Of a stretch of DNA of 64,000 nt, positions 9,894 to 19,400 are shown piece after piece. Below the pieces are notes generated by a model. It was given only the letters and a program-made list of their open reading frames with translations, was not told the DNA's origin and searched no databases. The stretch is from Bacteroidota bacterium. GTDB taxonomy: Bacteria > Bacteroidota > Bacteroidia > Flavobacteriales > Flavobacteriaceae. The stretch spans positions 62,211 through 126,210 of the forward strand of contig JBNJKO010000009.1 of NCBI GenBank assembly GCA_051751125.1, read 5' to 3'. Within the stretch, counting starts at the first letter, position 1; each line of letters begins with the position of its first letter. Position numbers and translations under genes: made by a program.

Positions 9894-10661
9894 TTACACT
9901 CCAAATATATCTTTGGAGTTTTGAGTGGTTATTTCGGCAACCTCCGCAACGGTAAGGTCATAAATGGAAGCTACTTTTTCTGCGATAATTCTAATATAAG
10001 AACTCTCATTGCGCTTTCCCCTGTAGGGCGCAGGAGAAAGATAAGGGGCATCTGTTTCCAATACAATCTCTTTGAGGGGTATTTCATTTAAAAATTTATC
10101 GATTCCGCCATTTTTAAAAGTTACCACGCCCCCAATTCCCAGCTTCATATTATACGATAAAGCTTTTTTAGCCTGGGAAAGATCTCCTGTGAAACAGTGA
10201 AAAATTCCGAAGAGGTCCGGGTCTTTTTCAGACTCAAGCACTTCAAAAACCTCATCGAACGCATCACGACAATGGATCACAATAGGAAGTTTCTTTCTTT
10301 TAGCAAGCTGAATTTGTTGTTTGAAAGCGATTTGCTGTTGCTTTAAAAGAGATTTATCCCAATAAAGATCGATCCCAATTTCCCCTACGGCATAAAAATC
10401 CCTTTTCTCAAACTCCTCCTCTACCCGAAGCAATTCTTCTTTGTAATTATCTTTTACCGAAGTTGGATGCAACCCCATCATCAGGAAAACATAAGAAGGA
10501 AATGTCTTTTCCAGGCTGTACATTGCAGCTATATAACTGGAATCTATCGCGGGGATAAAAAAACGGGAAACCCCTTGCTCTAATGCCCGCTGGACAACTT
10601 CATCTCTATCCTTATCAAAATCTGCACTATATAAGTGCGTGTGGGTATCTGTTAAAATCAT
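9894..10661 (-). CDS. tatD: TatD family hydrolase/DNase
   Basis: DTHTHL, VGEIGID, IVIHCR, FHCF and LETDAPYL motifs. Confidence 0.93.
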   Translation of the reverse strand: MILTDTHTHLYSADFDKDRDEVVQRALEQGVSRFFIPAIDSSYIAAMYSLEKTFPSYVFLMMGLHPTSVKDNYKEELLRVEEEFEKRDFYAVGEIGIDLYWDKSLLKQQQIAFKQQIQLAKRKKLPIVIHCRDAFDEVFEVLESEKDPDLFGIFHCFTGDLSQAKKALSYNMKLGIGGVVTFKNGGIDKFLNEIPLKEIVLETDAPYLSPAPYRGKRNESSYIRIIAEKVASIYDLTVAEVAEITTQNSKDIFGV

Positions 10662-10666
10662 AAATA

Positions 10667-10674
10667 CAAAAATA
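10667..10674 (-). promoter_or_regulatory. -7 element TATTTTTG 5 nt before the tatD ATG
   Basis: Plus strand CAAAAATA, which is TAnnTTTG on the minus strand. Confidence 0.55.
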
Positions 10675-10690
10675 ATTTATTTTGAAGACC

Positions 10691-10698
10691 TATCTTTG
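10691..10698 (+). promoter_or_regulatory. -7 element TATCTTTG for the aspartic protease gene (divergent from tatD)
   Basis: Exact TAnnTTTG match 14 nt before the ATG. Confidence 0.6.
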
Positions 10699-10712
10699 CC
10701 AAAACAAAAAGA

Positions 10713-11150
10713 ATGTCGTCTTTAAGAAAATTAATGGAAGCTAAGGGATATCAGCGCATTAAGCTGAAATTCACCGAAACACAACATTTTGAATTGGTCG
10801 CAAAGATCAACAAAATTGAAGGAAATTTTATTTTAGATACCGGCGCATCCAGCACTTGTGTTGGTTTTGAAGCCGTTACTCATTTTAAATTGCTGGCAGA
10901 AGACAGCGAAGTAAGAGCGGCAGGAGCGGGTGCAACCAATATGCTTACTCAAATTGCACAGCAAAATAAGATTGAGATCACAGGCTGGAAAACAAATAAA
11001 ATCGACCTCGTTTTATTCGATCTCACCCATGTAAATCAGGCTTTGGTAAATCATAAAGCACAAAAAGTACATGGGATCATAGGAGCGGATATCTTGAAAA
11101 AAGGGAAAGCTATTATAGATTATAAAAATAAAGCACTTTATTTAAAATAG
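10713..11150 (+). CDS. Retropepsin-like (clan AA) aspartic protease
   Basis: FILDTGAS catalytic motif and GIIGADIL C-terminal motif. Confidence 0.88.
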   Translation: MSSLRKLMEAKGYQRIKLKFTETQHFELVAKINKIEGNFILDTGASSTCVGFEAVTHFKLLAEDSEVRAAGAGATNMLTQIAQQNKIEITGWKTNKIDLVLFDLTHVNQALVNHKAQKVHGIIGADILKKGKAIIDYKNKALYLK

Positions 11151-11187
11151 GGGAAAAACCCCCTTAGCTTCTTTGACATATTCCTGT

Positions 11188-11195
11188 TAGATTTG
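11188..11195 (+). promoter_or_regulatory. -7 element TAGATTTG upstream of a small ORF
   Basis: Exact TAnnTTTG match 19 nt before the ATG at 11215. Confidence 0.4.
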
Positions 11196-11214
11196 TTTTC
11201 AATAAATCGAATAC

Positions 11215-11328
11215 ATGATACAAATGATCAAAAAAGAGAAAATTTCTAAAATTGCGGTGAGGATTCTGGCCATAGCTGTAATTGTGGTTTTGCTCCTTAA
11301 TTTTTGGTCTCTACTCACATTATTCTGA
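11215..11328 (+). CDS. Candidate 37-aa single-pass membrane microprotein (below the ORF-track cutoff)
   Basis: Translated by hand as MIQMIKKEKISKIAVRILAIAVIVVLLLNFWSLLTLF*: a basic N-terminus followed by a hydrophobic helix. It has an upstream -7 element and a downstream bidirectional terminator. Confidence 0.5.
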   Translation: MIQMIKKEKISKIAVRILAIAVIVVLLLNFWSLLTLF

Positions 11329-11396
11329 TTGATTTGAAGCCAAAACTATTCCAAAAGAAGTAAGCCTAATGCCGAAATAAAACCTTTGGTGGGATA

Positions 11397-11440
11397 AAAA
11401 GTAAAGGGCAGCAATTTTTAAATTGCTGCCCTTTACTTTT
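11397..11440. terminator. Bidirectional intrinsic terminator downstream of sucB
   Basis: Perfect inverted repeat AAAAGTAAAGGGCAGCAATTT-TT-AAATTGCTGCCCTTTACTTTT. Confidence 0.85.
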
Positions 11441-11458
11441 TAAATAATTCAACTTTTT

Positions 11459-12709
11459 TTAAAGCTCCAAAGCTCTTTTTACATCGTTGTCCATCAAAAG
11501 TTCTTCAGGATTTTCCAGTGCTTCCTTGACCGCTACCAGAAAACCAACAGATTCTTTTCCGTCAATAATTCTGTGATCATAAGAGAGTGCCACGTACATT
11601 ATAGGACGAATCTCCACATGTCCGTCTATTGCTACAGGACGGTCAACTATATTATGCATTCCTAAAATCCCACTTTGAGGAGGATTTATTATTGGAGTGG
11701 ACAACATAGAGCCAAACACTCCGCCATTGGTAATTGTAAAAGTACCTCCAGTCATTTCATCAACCGTAATTTGACCATCTCTTGCTCTAATTGCCAATCG
11801 CTTAACTTCATCTTCAATCCCCCGGAAACCAAGGTTTTCTGCATTTCTTATCACGGGAACCATCAATCCTTTTGGCCCGGAAACCGCGATACTAATATCT
11901 TTATAATCATATTTAACCTGGTAATCTCCATCTAACATAGAATTCACGTCAGGATAAAGATCCAGAGCCCTTACAATAGCCAATGTGAAAAAGGACATGA
12001 ATCCTAATCCCACTCCGTGCTTATCTTTAAATTCCTCTTTATACTGTTTGCGCAAAGAAAAAATTGCCGACATATCTACCTCATTAAATGTAGTAAGCAT
12101 TGCGGTTTCATTCTTCACACTCACTAAACGCTCTGCTACCTTGCGGCGAAGCATAGACATTTTTTTTGTGCTTTCCCCTCGTTTTCCGAGTCCCGGAGTT
12201 CCCATAGAAGCTTTGGCCTCAACCGCATCTTCTTTGGTGATCCTTCCGTCACGACCAGAACCAGTTACAGTTTTTGTATCTATTCCTTTTTCATCGAGGA
12301 TTTTCTTTGCTGCAGGAGATGGAGTTCCCGTTGCATAACTTTTTTCTTTCTGCTTTTCCGGCATTGAAGATTTTGACGGCTCCTCTTTCTTTGATTCTTC
12401 CTTCTTAGGTTCCTCTTTTTCTTCCTTTTTGGCAGGTGCTTCTTTTTTGTCTTCTCCTCCACCTGGCTTTTTAGCTTCTGTGTCTATTAAACATACCACT
12501 TGTCCTACAGCCACAGCATCCCCTTCTTCAGCCTTAAGAGTAATAATTCCGCTTGCTTCAGCCGGAAGCTCTAAGGTTGCCTTATCACTGTCAACTTCAG
12601 CAATTGGTTGATCTTTTTCTACATAATCTCCATCTTCTACCAGCCATTGTGCGATTTCAACCTCTGTGATGGATTCTCCGGGAGAAGGAACTTTCATTTC
12701 TAAAGCCAT
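11459..12709 (-). CDS. sucB: 2-oxoglutarate dehydrogenase E2 (dihydrolipoyllysine succinyltransferase)
   Basis: Lipoyl domain ([10 protein letters not shown]), E3-binding [12 protein letters not shown], and catalytic [10 protein letters not shown]. Confidence 0.97.
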   Translation of the reverse strand: MALEMKVPSPGESITEVEIAQWLVEDGDYVEKDQPIAEVDSDKATLELPAEASGIITLKAEEGDAVAVGQVVCLIDTEAKKPGGGEDKKEAPAKKEEKEEPKKEESKKEEPSKSSMPEKQKEKSYATGTPSPAAKKILDEKGIDTKTVTGSGRDGRITKEDAVEAKASMGTPGLGKRGESTKKMSMLRRKVAERLVSVKNETAMLTTFNEVDMSAIFSLRKQYKEEFKDKHGVGLGFMSFFTLAIVRALDLYPDVNSMLDGDYQVKYDYKDISIAVSGPKGLMVPVIRNAENLGFRGIEDEVKRLAIRARDGQITVDEMTGGTFTITNGGVFGSMLSTPIINPPQSGILGMHNIVDRPVAIDGHVEIRPIMYVALSYDHRIIDGKESVGFLVAVKEALENPEELLMDNDVKRALEL

Positions 12710-12775
12710 GATTCTTTGTTTTTTATTTTCTGCTTTTCTAAAAAAAGCACGTTATTATTTCTTTTAATTTATCGA

Positions 12776-15538
12776 CTACACCATCGTTTTATCAAACACA
12801 CTTGCAATTACTTTTTCGTGACGTTTTTTAAACCTCACAGAACTACCTGCAGCAGGTGAGCCATAAAATCTTCGGCTACAAACCCTGAAATTCTTTGCTT
12901 CCTCAAAATGCATCAACATATATCCAAAAGCTCCCATATTCCTTGGTTCTTCCTGGGCCCAAACAATATCATCGGCATTTTTATATTTTTCCATGATCGC
13001 TCTCATTTTTTCTGTGGGCAAAGGAAATAATTGTTCCACGCGCACCAGGGCAACATCATCACGTTTGTTTTCTTCCCGTGCTTCGAGAAGATCATAATAG
13101 AATTTTCCTGTACAGAAAACCAGCGTCTTGATTTTATCAACATTAGCTTCGGTATCGTCTATCAGCATTTGAAAACCACCTTCTGCGAATTCTTCTTTCG
13201 TAGAAACCACTTTAGGATGTCTCAACAAACTTTTCGGGGTAAAAATAATCAAGGGTTTTCTATAATTTACTTTCATCTGCCTACGAAGAAGATGGTACAT
13301 ATTCGCAGGTGTAGTTACATCGGCAACAAACATGTTATCTTTTGCACATAGCTGTAAAAAACGCTCCATCCTTCCGGAGGAATGCTCTGCTCCCTGACCT
13401 TCATATCCGTGAGGTAGAAACATTACCAATCCATTTTGAAGCTTCCATTTATCCTCTGCAGCAGAAATGTATTGATCTATCATAATTTGAGCTCCATTTA
13501 CAAAATCCCCAAATTGTGCTTCCCAGATAGTAAGCGTTTTTGGACTTGCCATGGCATATCCATAATCAAATCCTACCACGGCATACTCTGAAAGCAGTGA
13601 ATTATAAACGCTGAATTCTCCTTTTTTCCCGGGAATATTATTATGCAGGATAATTTCTTCTTCACTATCCTCTACTTTTACAACGGAATGTCTGTGGGAA
13701 AAAGTTCCTCTTTCTGAATCCTGTCCGCTTAATCGAACACTAAATCCTTCCATCATTAGTGATCCGTAGGCCAGATGTTCTGCCATAGACCAGTCAAGGC
13801 TGTTATCCTCAAAGTACATTTTATTGCGCGCTTCGATCAATTTACCGATCTTTCGCATAAATTTTTTATTTTCCGGAAGTCTGGAAAGGGTTTCTGCAAC
13901 TGTATTTAGTTTTTCAATGTCAAAAGTGGTATCCACCTCCTCCATCATTGTATCTTCTTCTGCGTTCTCAAAACCTTCCCATTCATCTTTCATAAATGGG
14001 GTTATTCTTGTGGTATCTTCCTTACGGGAGCTTTCCAGTTCCTCCTCCAGTTTGGCTTTGTAATCCTCCTCCAGCTTTTTCACATAGCTTTCATCAATTA
14101 CTCCACTTTCTATAAGTTTTGCAGCATAAATATCCCTGGGGTTTTCGTGCTTCGCAATAGCCTTATATAATTTTGGTTGCGTAAACCTGGGCTCATCTCC
14201 TTCATTATGACCATACTTTCGGTAACCTAAAAGATCTATAAACACATCTCTTTTAAATTCCATTCTAAAGTCCAGGGCAAATAACACAGCATGAACTACC
14301 GCTTCGGCATCATCTGCATTCACATGTAAAACTGGCGAAAGCGTAACTTTTGCAACATCGGTACAATATGTGGATGAACGGGCATCAAGATAGTTAGTGG
14401 TAAATCCAATCTGGTTATTTACAACTATATGAATGGTTCCCCCTGTTTTATAACCATCCAGTTGTGCCATTTGCACAATTTCATATACCAATCCCTGTCC
14501 GGCGATAGCAGCATCTCCATGTAAAATAATTGGTAAAACCTGGGAATTATTGTCTTTAAATCTATTATCCTGTTTAGCACGGGAAATTCCTTCCACAACC
14601 GCTCCCACTGTTTCCAGGTGCGATGGATTTGGGGCAAGATTGATATTTATCTCCTTTCCGTTCCGGGTTTTTCTCTTTGTAGTCCAACCCAGGTGATATT
14701 TCACGTCCCCATCAAAAATATCCTGCTCGTAATCTTTCCCGTCAAATTCACTAAAAATATCTTTCGCGCTTTTTCCGAAGATGTTAGTAAGCGTATTTAA
14801 TCTTCCTCTATGGGCCATTCCCATAACAAAATCCTTAACCCCAAGATCTGCGGCTTTTTCAATAATAGCATCCAAAGCGGGAATTAAACTTTCATTCCCT
14901 TCAAGCGAAAATCTTTTTTGACCTACGTATTTGGTATGCAGAAAAGCCTCAAAAGAAACTGCTTCATTGAGCTTTGAAAGAATGAATTTCTTATCTGCTT
15001 CATTGAAATCAGGCTGATTATTATTTATATTAAGCTTATTCTGTATCCAGGAAATCTCTTCGGGTTTCCGGATGAACATATATTCAACCCCGATGGATTG
15101 ACAATATACTTTTGCCAGATGTGATATAATTTTTTCAAGAGTGGCAGATCCTATCCCAATAAGCTCCCCAGCGTTAAATACTGTATTAAGGTCACTTTGG
15201 GAAAGTCCGAAGTTCTCAATATCCAACGTAGGACTGTATTTTCTTCGTTCCCTAACCGGGTTGGTCTGGGTGAATAAATGTCCTCTGGTACGGTATCCCT
15301 CTATGAGTTTAATTACCCTGAACTCCTTTTCAAGATTTTGTAATTGTGGGTCACAGTAATCCTCGTCTGCGGTTATTTCTTCTTTTGAAGAGATAGTTGA
15401 CCCCTCCATACCAAAGTCAAACCCTTGGAAAAATGCACGCCAGCTAGGCTCTACACTATCTGGGTTTTTTAAATATTGTTCGTAAAGTTCGTCGAAATAG
15501 GCTGTACTTGCCGCGTTAAGAAATGAAAATTTATCCAT
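12776..15538 (-). CDS. sucA: 2-oxoglutarate dehydrogenase E1
   Basis: GMAHRGRLN, HGDAAIAGQG TPP-binding motif, WEAQFGDF, and LPHGYEGQGAEHSS. Confidence 0.97.
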   Translation of the reverse strand: MDKFSFLNAASTAYFDELYEQYLKNPDSVEPSWRAFFQGFDFGMEGSTISSKEEITADEDYCDPQLQNLEKEFRVIKLIEGYRTRGHLFTQTNPVRERRKYSPTLDIENFGLSQSDLNTVFNAGELIGIGSATLEKIISHLAKVYCQSIGVEYMFIRKPEEISWIQNKLNINNNQPDFNEADKKFILSKLNEAVSFEAFLHTKYVGQKRFSLEGNESLIPALDAIIEKAADLGVKDFVMGMAHRGRLNTLTNIFGKSAKDIFSEFDGKDYEQDIFDGDVKYHLGWTTKRKTRNGKEININLAPNPSHLETVGAVVEGISRAKQDNRFKDNNSQVLPIILHGDAAIAGQGLVYEIVQMAQLDGYKTGGTIHIVVNNQIGFTTNYLDARSSTYCTDVAKVTLSPVLHVNADDAEAVVHAVLFALDFRMEFKRDVFIDLLGYRKYGHNEGDEPRFTQPKLYKAIAKHENPRDIYAAKLIESGVIDESYVKKLEEDYKAKLEEELESSRKEDTTRITPFMKDEWEGFENAEEDTMMEEVDTTFDIEKLNTVAETLSRLPENKKFMRKIGKLIEARNKMYFEDNSLDWSMAEHLAYGSLMMEGFSVRLSGQDSERGTFSHRHSVVKVEDSEEEIILHNNIPGKKGEFSVYNSLLSEYAVVGFDYGYAMASPKTLTIWEAQFGDFVNGAQIMIDQYISAAEDKWKLQNGLVMFLPHGYEGQGAEHSSGRMERFLQLCAKDNMFVADVTTPANMYHLLRRQMKVNYRKPLIIFTPKSLLRHPKVVSTKEEFAEGGFQMLIDDTEANVDKIKTLVFCTGKFYYDLLEAREENKRDDVALVRVEQLFPLPTEKMRAIMEKYKNADDIVWAQEEPRNMGAFGYMLMHFEEAKNFRVCSRRFYGSPAAGSSVRFKKRHEKVIASVFDKTMV

Positions 15539-15575
15539 AATTTGAAACTAATGTTCCTTTTGTTATAAAACAAGG

Positions 15576-15583
15576 CAAAAATA
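15576..15583 (-). promoter_or_regulatory. -7 element TATTTTTG for the sucAB operon
   Basis: Plus strand CAAAAATA, 37 nt upstream of the ATG. Confidence 0.55.
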
Positions 15584-15649
15584 CAATTTTTAGATTTTAT
15601 AGCTTATAGAAATCATTATATTTATCAAATCCATTAAAAGAACTTTAAC

Positions 15650-16201
15650 ATGCTAACTTTTTTATGTTATACCAATAGAAGGCTATTATTGCCGGTTTTC
15701 ATACTACTACTTTCATCGACAGCATTCTTTGGTCAAACTAAAGAAAAAGAGAATCCCGGGACAAAAAGTCAATTCTGGCAACAGGTTCGTTTTGGAGGAA
15801 GTTTGGGACTTAGTTTTGGTAATGGCAATTTTACCGGGGCGCTGGCACCTTCAGCAATCTATGATTTCAATAAAACTTTTTCTGCAGGTGCAGGTTTGAG
15901 CGGGGCATATTCCAGTCAGAATAATTTTAAGGCCACCAGCCTGGGAGGAAGCCTGATTGGAATGATGAGACCAATAAGGGAAGTGCAGCTTTCAGCAGAA
16001 TTTGAACAACTTAATATTACACGCCGTTATGAATTCGATGGAGCGAATATCAAAGATCAGGATTGGGTTCCTGCGTTGTTTCTTGGGGTTGGTTACAATT
16101 TGGGGCCTGTGGTTACAGGGGTGCGGTATGATGTCCTGCACGATAAAAACAAAAGCTTTTACAGCAGCCCTTTTATGCCCTTTGTGAGTGTTTATTTTTA
16201 A
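15650..16201 (+). CDS. Secreted/outer-membrane beta-barrel-like protein (start codon uncertain)
   Basis: Hydrophobic N-terminal segment, Gly/aromatic alternating strands and a C-terminal Phe (VSVYF). Confidence 0.7.
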   Translation: MLTFLCYTNRRLLLPVFILLLSSTAFFGQTKEKENPGTKSQFWQQVRFGGSLGLSFGNGNFTGALAPSAIYDFNKTFSAGAGLSGAYSSQNNFKATSLGGSLIGMMRPIREVQLSAEFEQLNITRRYEFDGANIKDQDWVPALFLGVGYNLGPVVTGVRYDVLHDKNKSFYSSPFMPFVSVYF

Positions 16202-17172
16202 ACTTCCCTGTCCATAAGCATACTTCCAAATTTCCTGAGCAGAGTTTTTTTATCCTCAGGAATTTCAATTTTGTCCAGGACCTCAAAGGCCTTTTGAGTA
16301 TATTTCTTAATCTCTTCCCTAGCCAGCTCTGAAGCGCCACTCTCCTGAAAGATGCTTTTTACGGCTTCAATTTTCCCACCGGCATCCATAGGATTTATGG
16401 AATATAAATGTTCCAGCTGCCTGGCTTCTGAAGTTTTAGCCTTTTGAAGTGCAGTTAGGTATAAAAAAGTTTTTTTGTTCTCAATAATATCACCTCCAAG
16501 TTGCTTTCCGAAGGTTTCCGGATCACCAAAAGCATCCAGGTAATCATCCTGTAACTGAAAAGCGATCCCAAGAAGGCATCCATAATCATAAAGCGCCTTT
16601 TTGCAATCCTGTGGAGCCCCACCTACAATGGCACCCATTTGCAGCGAAGCGCCTACAAGAACTGCCGTCTTGTATTCTATCATTTTGAGATAATCTTTAA
16701 TTTCAACATCCTCCCTGTTCTCAAAATCTACATCATATTGCTGTCCTTCACAAACCTGAATAGCAGTTTTTGTAAAGAGCTGCGCCAATTCCTTAAAAAC
16801 AGGACCCTCATAATTTTCAAAAAGTTGATACGCGTTAATCAACATGGCATCTCCGGAAAGGATCCCGGTATTTAAATCCCATTTTTCATGCACTGTTGCT
16901 TTACCCCTTCTTAAAGGAGCATCGTCCATAATATCATCATGCACCAGCGAAAAATTATGAAAAACTTCTATTGCCAAAGCCGCATCCAATGCCTTTTCAT
17001 ATGAAGTGTCAAAAACCTCCGTAGACATTAAAACCAAAACCGGCCTTAAACGCTTTCCGCCTAAATTAAGAATATAGGTAATTGGTTCATATAAATTTAC
17101 AGGCTCTTTGGTGATGATCTTTTTATTTAAATAGCCTAAAAAAGCCTCGCGATATTGAGTGATGGTTAACAT
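16198..17172 (-). CDS. Polyprenyl diphosphate synthase (IspA/GGPP synthase-like)
   Basis: GGKRLRP, first aspartate-rich motif HDDIMDDAPLRRG, GQQYD, and second motif FQLQDDYLD. Confidence 0.93.
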   Translation of the reverse strand: MLTITQYREAFLGYLNKKIITKEPVNLYEPITYILNLGGKRLRPVLVLMSTEVFDTSYEKALDAALAIEVFHNFSLVHDDIMDDAPLRRGKATVHEKWDLNTGILSGDAMLINAYQLFENYEGPVFKELAQLFTKTAIQVCEGQQYDVDFENREDVEIKDYLKMIEYKTAVLVGASLQMGAIVGGAPQDCKKALYDYGCLLGIAFQLQDDYLDAFGDPETFGKQLGGDIIENKKTFLYLTALQKAKTSEARQLEHLYSINPMDAGGKIEAVKSIFQESGASELAREEIKKYTQKAFEVLDKIEIPEDKKTLLRKFGSMLMDREV

Positions 17173-17250
17173 TATTGAAATTTTCGGCTAAAATACCATA
17201 ATTGACCCTAATTCATATTCCTAAAATTAAATTAAAACCTAAAAATAATT

Positions 17251-17278
17251 GGAAACTTTTTCGGTTTTTAAAGTTTCC
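17251..17278. promoter_or_regulatory. Inverted repeat GGAAACTTT-N10-AAAGTTTCC, probable TetR operator
   Basis: Perfect 9-bp arms lying over the expected -33 region of the tetR-efflux promoter. Confidence 0.6.
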
Positions 17279-17283
17279 CGAAG

Positions 17284-17291
17284 TACCTTTG
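17284..17291 (+). promoter_or_regulatory. -7 element TACCTTTG for the tetR-RND operon
   Basis: Exact TAnnTTTG match directly after the inverted repeat. Confidence 0.6.
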
Positions 17292-17406
17292 CGCTCGCAG
17301 AAAAATAAAACACCCCTGTGCAGGCGCATTAGGTGTGAAAAAATGGGAGTACCGTGAATATCGATGAAATTCCTGGGGAATTAAAGCTGTTGAAGGGATT
17401 AAAAAT

Positions 17407-18009
17407 ATGAAAGAAGAAATTATTAAAAAAGCCGCAGATCTATTTCTCAATTTGGGATTTAAAAGCGTGACCATGGATGATCTGGCCAACGAGTTGGGGA
17501 TTTCAAAAAAGACTATTTATTTCCATTTTCCGAACAAAGAAAAACTCGTTCAAGCCGCTACCCTGTTCATATTAAATGCGATCGATGAGGGGATTGAAAA
17601 AATAAAAGAAAAAGAATTGAATGCCATTGTGGAAATGGTAGAGATCAAAAATTTCGTTATGCATCATTTAAAAAATGAAAAATCCTCTCCTCAGTTTCAG
17701 CTTCAAAAATACTATCCAAAGGTATACAACTCTGTTCAAAACCATCATATTGACACCATGCAATGCAGCATTATCGATAATCTTGAAAAAGGTATTAAAG
17801 AGGGCTTATACAGGGAAAACATTCCTGTAGATTTTATTAGCAAGATTTATTTCCTGGGCATGTCTACCATTAAAAGCAGCGATCTTTTTCCCGCAGAAAA
17901 ATATTCTATTAAAGAAATTAATGAAAAATACCTTGAATATCATTTACGGGCTATTGTTACTGAAAAAGGACTGAAGACTTTAAAAGAATTTTTACCAACA
18001 GACCATTAA
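17407..18009 (+). CDS. TetR/AcrR family transcriptional regulator
   Basis: N-terminal HTH GFKSVTMDDLANELGISKKTIYFHF. Confidence 0.93.
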   Translation: MKEEIIKKAADLFLNLGFKSVTMDDLANELGISKKTIYFHFPNKEKLVQAATLFILNAIDEGIEKIKEKELNAIVEMVEIKNFVMHHLKNEKSSPQFQLQKYYPKVYNSVQNHHIDTMQCSIIDNLEKGIKEGLYRENIPVDFISKIYFLGMSTIKSSDLFPAEKYSIKEINEKYLEYHLRAIVTEKGLKTLKEFLPTDH

Positions 18010-18010
18010 G

Positions 18011-19378
18011 ATGAACAAAATAATCACTTTTAGTATTGCCGTGTTTTTTACTCTCGCGTCTTTTGCCCAGGAACTGGAAGCGAATAAATCCTATTCCTTC
18101 TCCCTGCAACAGGCTGTCGAATTCGGATTAAAAAACAATTATTCCTCTCGAATTTCTTCCAAAGAAATAGAAAAATCATTAAAGCAAAAATGGGAGATCA
18201 TCGCCCAGGGGTTACCGCAAATTTCGGGAAATGTAGATTATCAAAACCAACTAAAGCAACCGGTCACTTTACTGCCTGCAGAACTTGCCGGAGGGGAGCC
18301 GGGAACCTTTATTCCCGTAAGGTTTGGAACTCAACAAAATTTAAGCGGAACGGCCACATGGAACCAACTAATTTTTGACCCATCCTATATTGTTGGGATA
18401 CAGTCTGTAAAAACACTGCTGTCAATTTCAAAAAATGCAAAAACAAAGACAGATCAAGAAGTAAAACTTGCAATTATCAATGCATATGGCAACGTGCTGT
18501 TATCCCAGGAAAGTGTGGATATTCTTAAAAAAAATATTAAAACCCTGGATAAAAATTACCGTGACACTCAAAAAATATTTGAAAATGGCCTTGCTGAAGA
18601 AGAAGATGTGGAACAGCTGGAAATAACTTTACTGGGCTTGAAAAACAACCTTAGCAGAAGTGAGCGTATGCAGGATATTTCCTTTGAAATGCTCAACCTC
18701 ACCCTGGGGCTTCCCGTAGAAACTGATGTTACTCTAACCGAAAATCTTGATGGCCTGGCGATGGAATATTTTGATCTTGGTTTATTGGCGAGGGAAATTC
18801 CGTTAGAGGAAAATATCGATTTTCGGATTGCTGAAAATCAGGCGGAATCTGCCAGAATATTTGTGAGGCTTGAACAGGCCAAAGCCTTGCCTACCCTTAC
18901 CAGTTTTGTGAATTACGGATTTCAGGGCTTTAGCGAAGAATTTACCTTTTTTAAAGATAGTCAGGAATATTTCACGCAGTCCATCCTGGGGGTGAGTTTA
19001 AACATTCCCATTTTTAGCAGCGGATTACGCGGTGCTAAAACCCAACAAAAGAAAATCGAATACGAACAGGCTTTATTACAGCTGGAAGAAACCAAAAATA
19101 AGATCCAACTGGAAATTAATTCGGCAAAAAGCGACTACGAATTTAGCCTGGAGAATTACCAAACACAAAAACGAAATTTGGAACTTTCAGAAAGGATTGA
19201 AAACAAAAATCAGATTAAATTTTTTGAAGGTCTTGCCAGCAGCTTTGAATTAAGCGAGGCCCAACGCCAGTTATATGCTGCACAGCAGGAGTTGCTGCAG
19301 TCTATGTTAAATGTAATCACCAATAAAGTAGCCCTGGAAAACCTGCTTGATACTTCAAAATATTCCGATGAAAATTAA
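18011..19378 (+). CDS. TolC-family outer-membrane efflux protein
   Basis: Signal peptide, long helical repeats, LPTL...LNIPIFSSG and KFFEGLASSFEL patterns; operon context. Confidence 0.9.
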   Translation: MNKIITFSIAVFFTLASFAQELEANKSYSFSLQQAVEFGLKNNYSSRISSKEIEKSLKQKWEIIAQGLPQISGNVDYQNQLKQPVTLLPAELAGGEPGTFIPVRFGTQQNLSGTATWNQLIFDPSYIVGIQSVKTLLSISKNAKTKTDQEVKLAIINAYGNVLLSQESVDILKKNIKTLDKNYRDTQKIFENGLAEEEDVEQLEITLLGLKNNLSRSERMQDISFEMLNLTLGLPVETDVTLTENLDGLAMEYFDLGLLAREIPLEENIDFRIAENQAESARIFVRLEQAKALPTLTSFVNYGFQGFSEEFTFFKDSQEYFTQSILGVSLNIPIFSSGLRGAKTQQKKIEYEQALLQLEETKNKIQLEINSAKSDYEFSLENYQTQKRNLELSERIENKNQIKFFEGLASSFELSEAQRQLYAAQQELLQSMLNVITNKVALENLLDTSKYSDEN

Positions 19379-19400
19379 AATGTCAGATCATTTAAACGCT

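Noticed and set aside
17330-17400. Cobalamin or yybP-ykoY riboswitch call for the tetR leader
   Set aside because: Only fragments match (GGGAG plus a T-loop-like hairpin; GGGAGUA). The B12-box/CCCGCAACTGT and other core elements are absent, so it is reported only as an unclassified structured leader.
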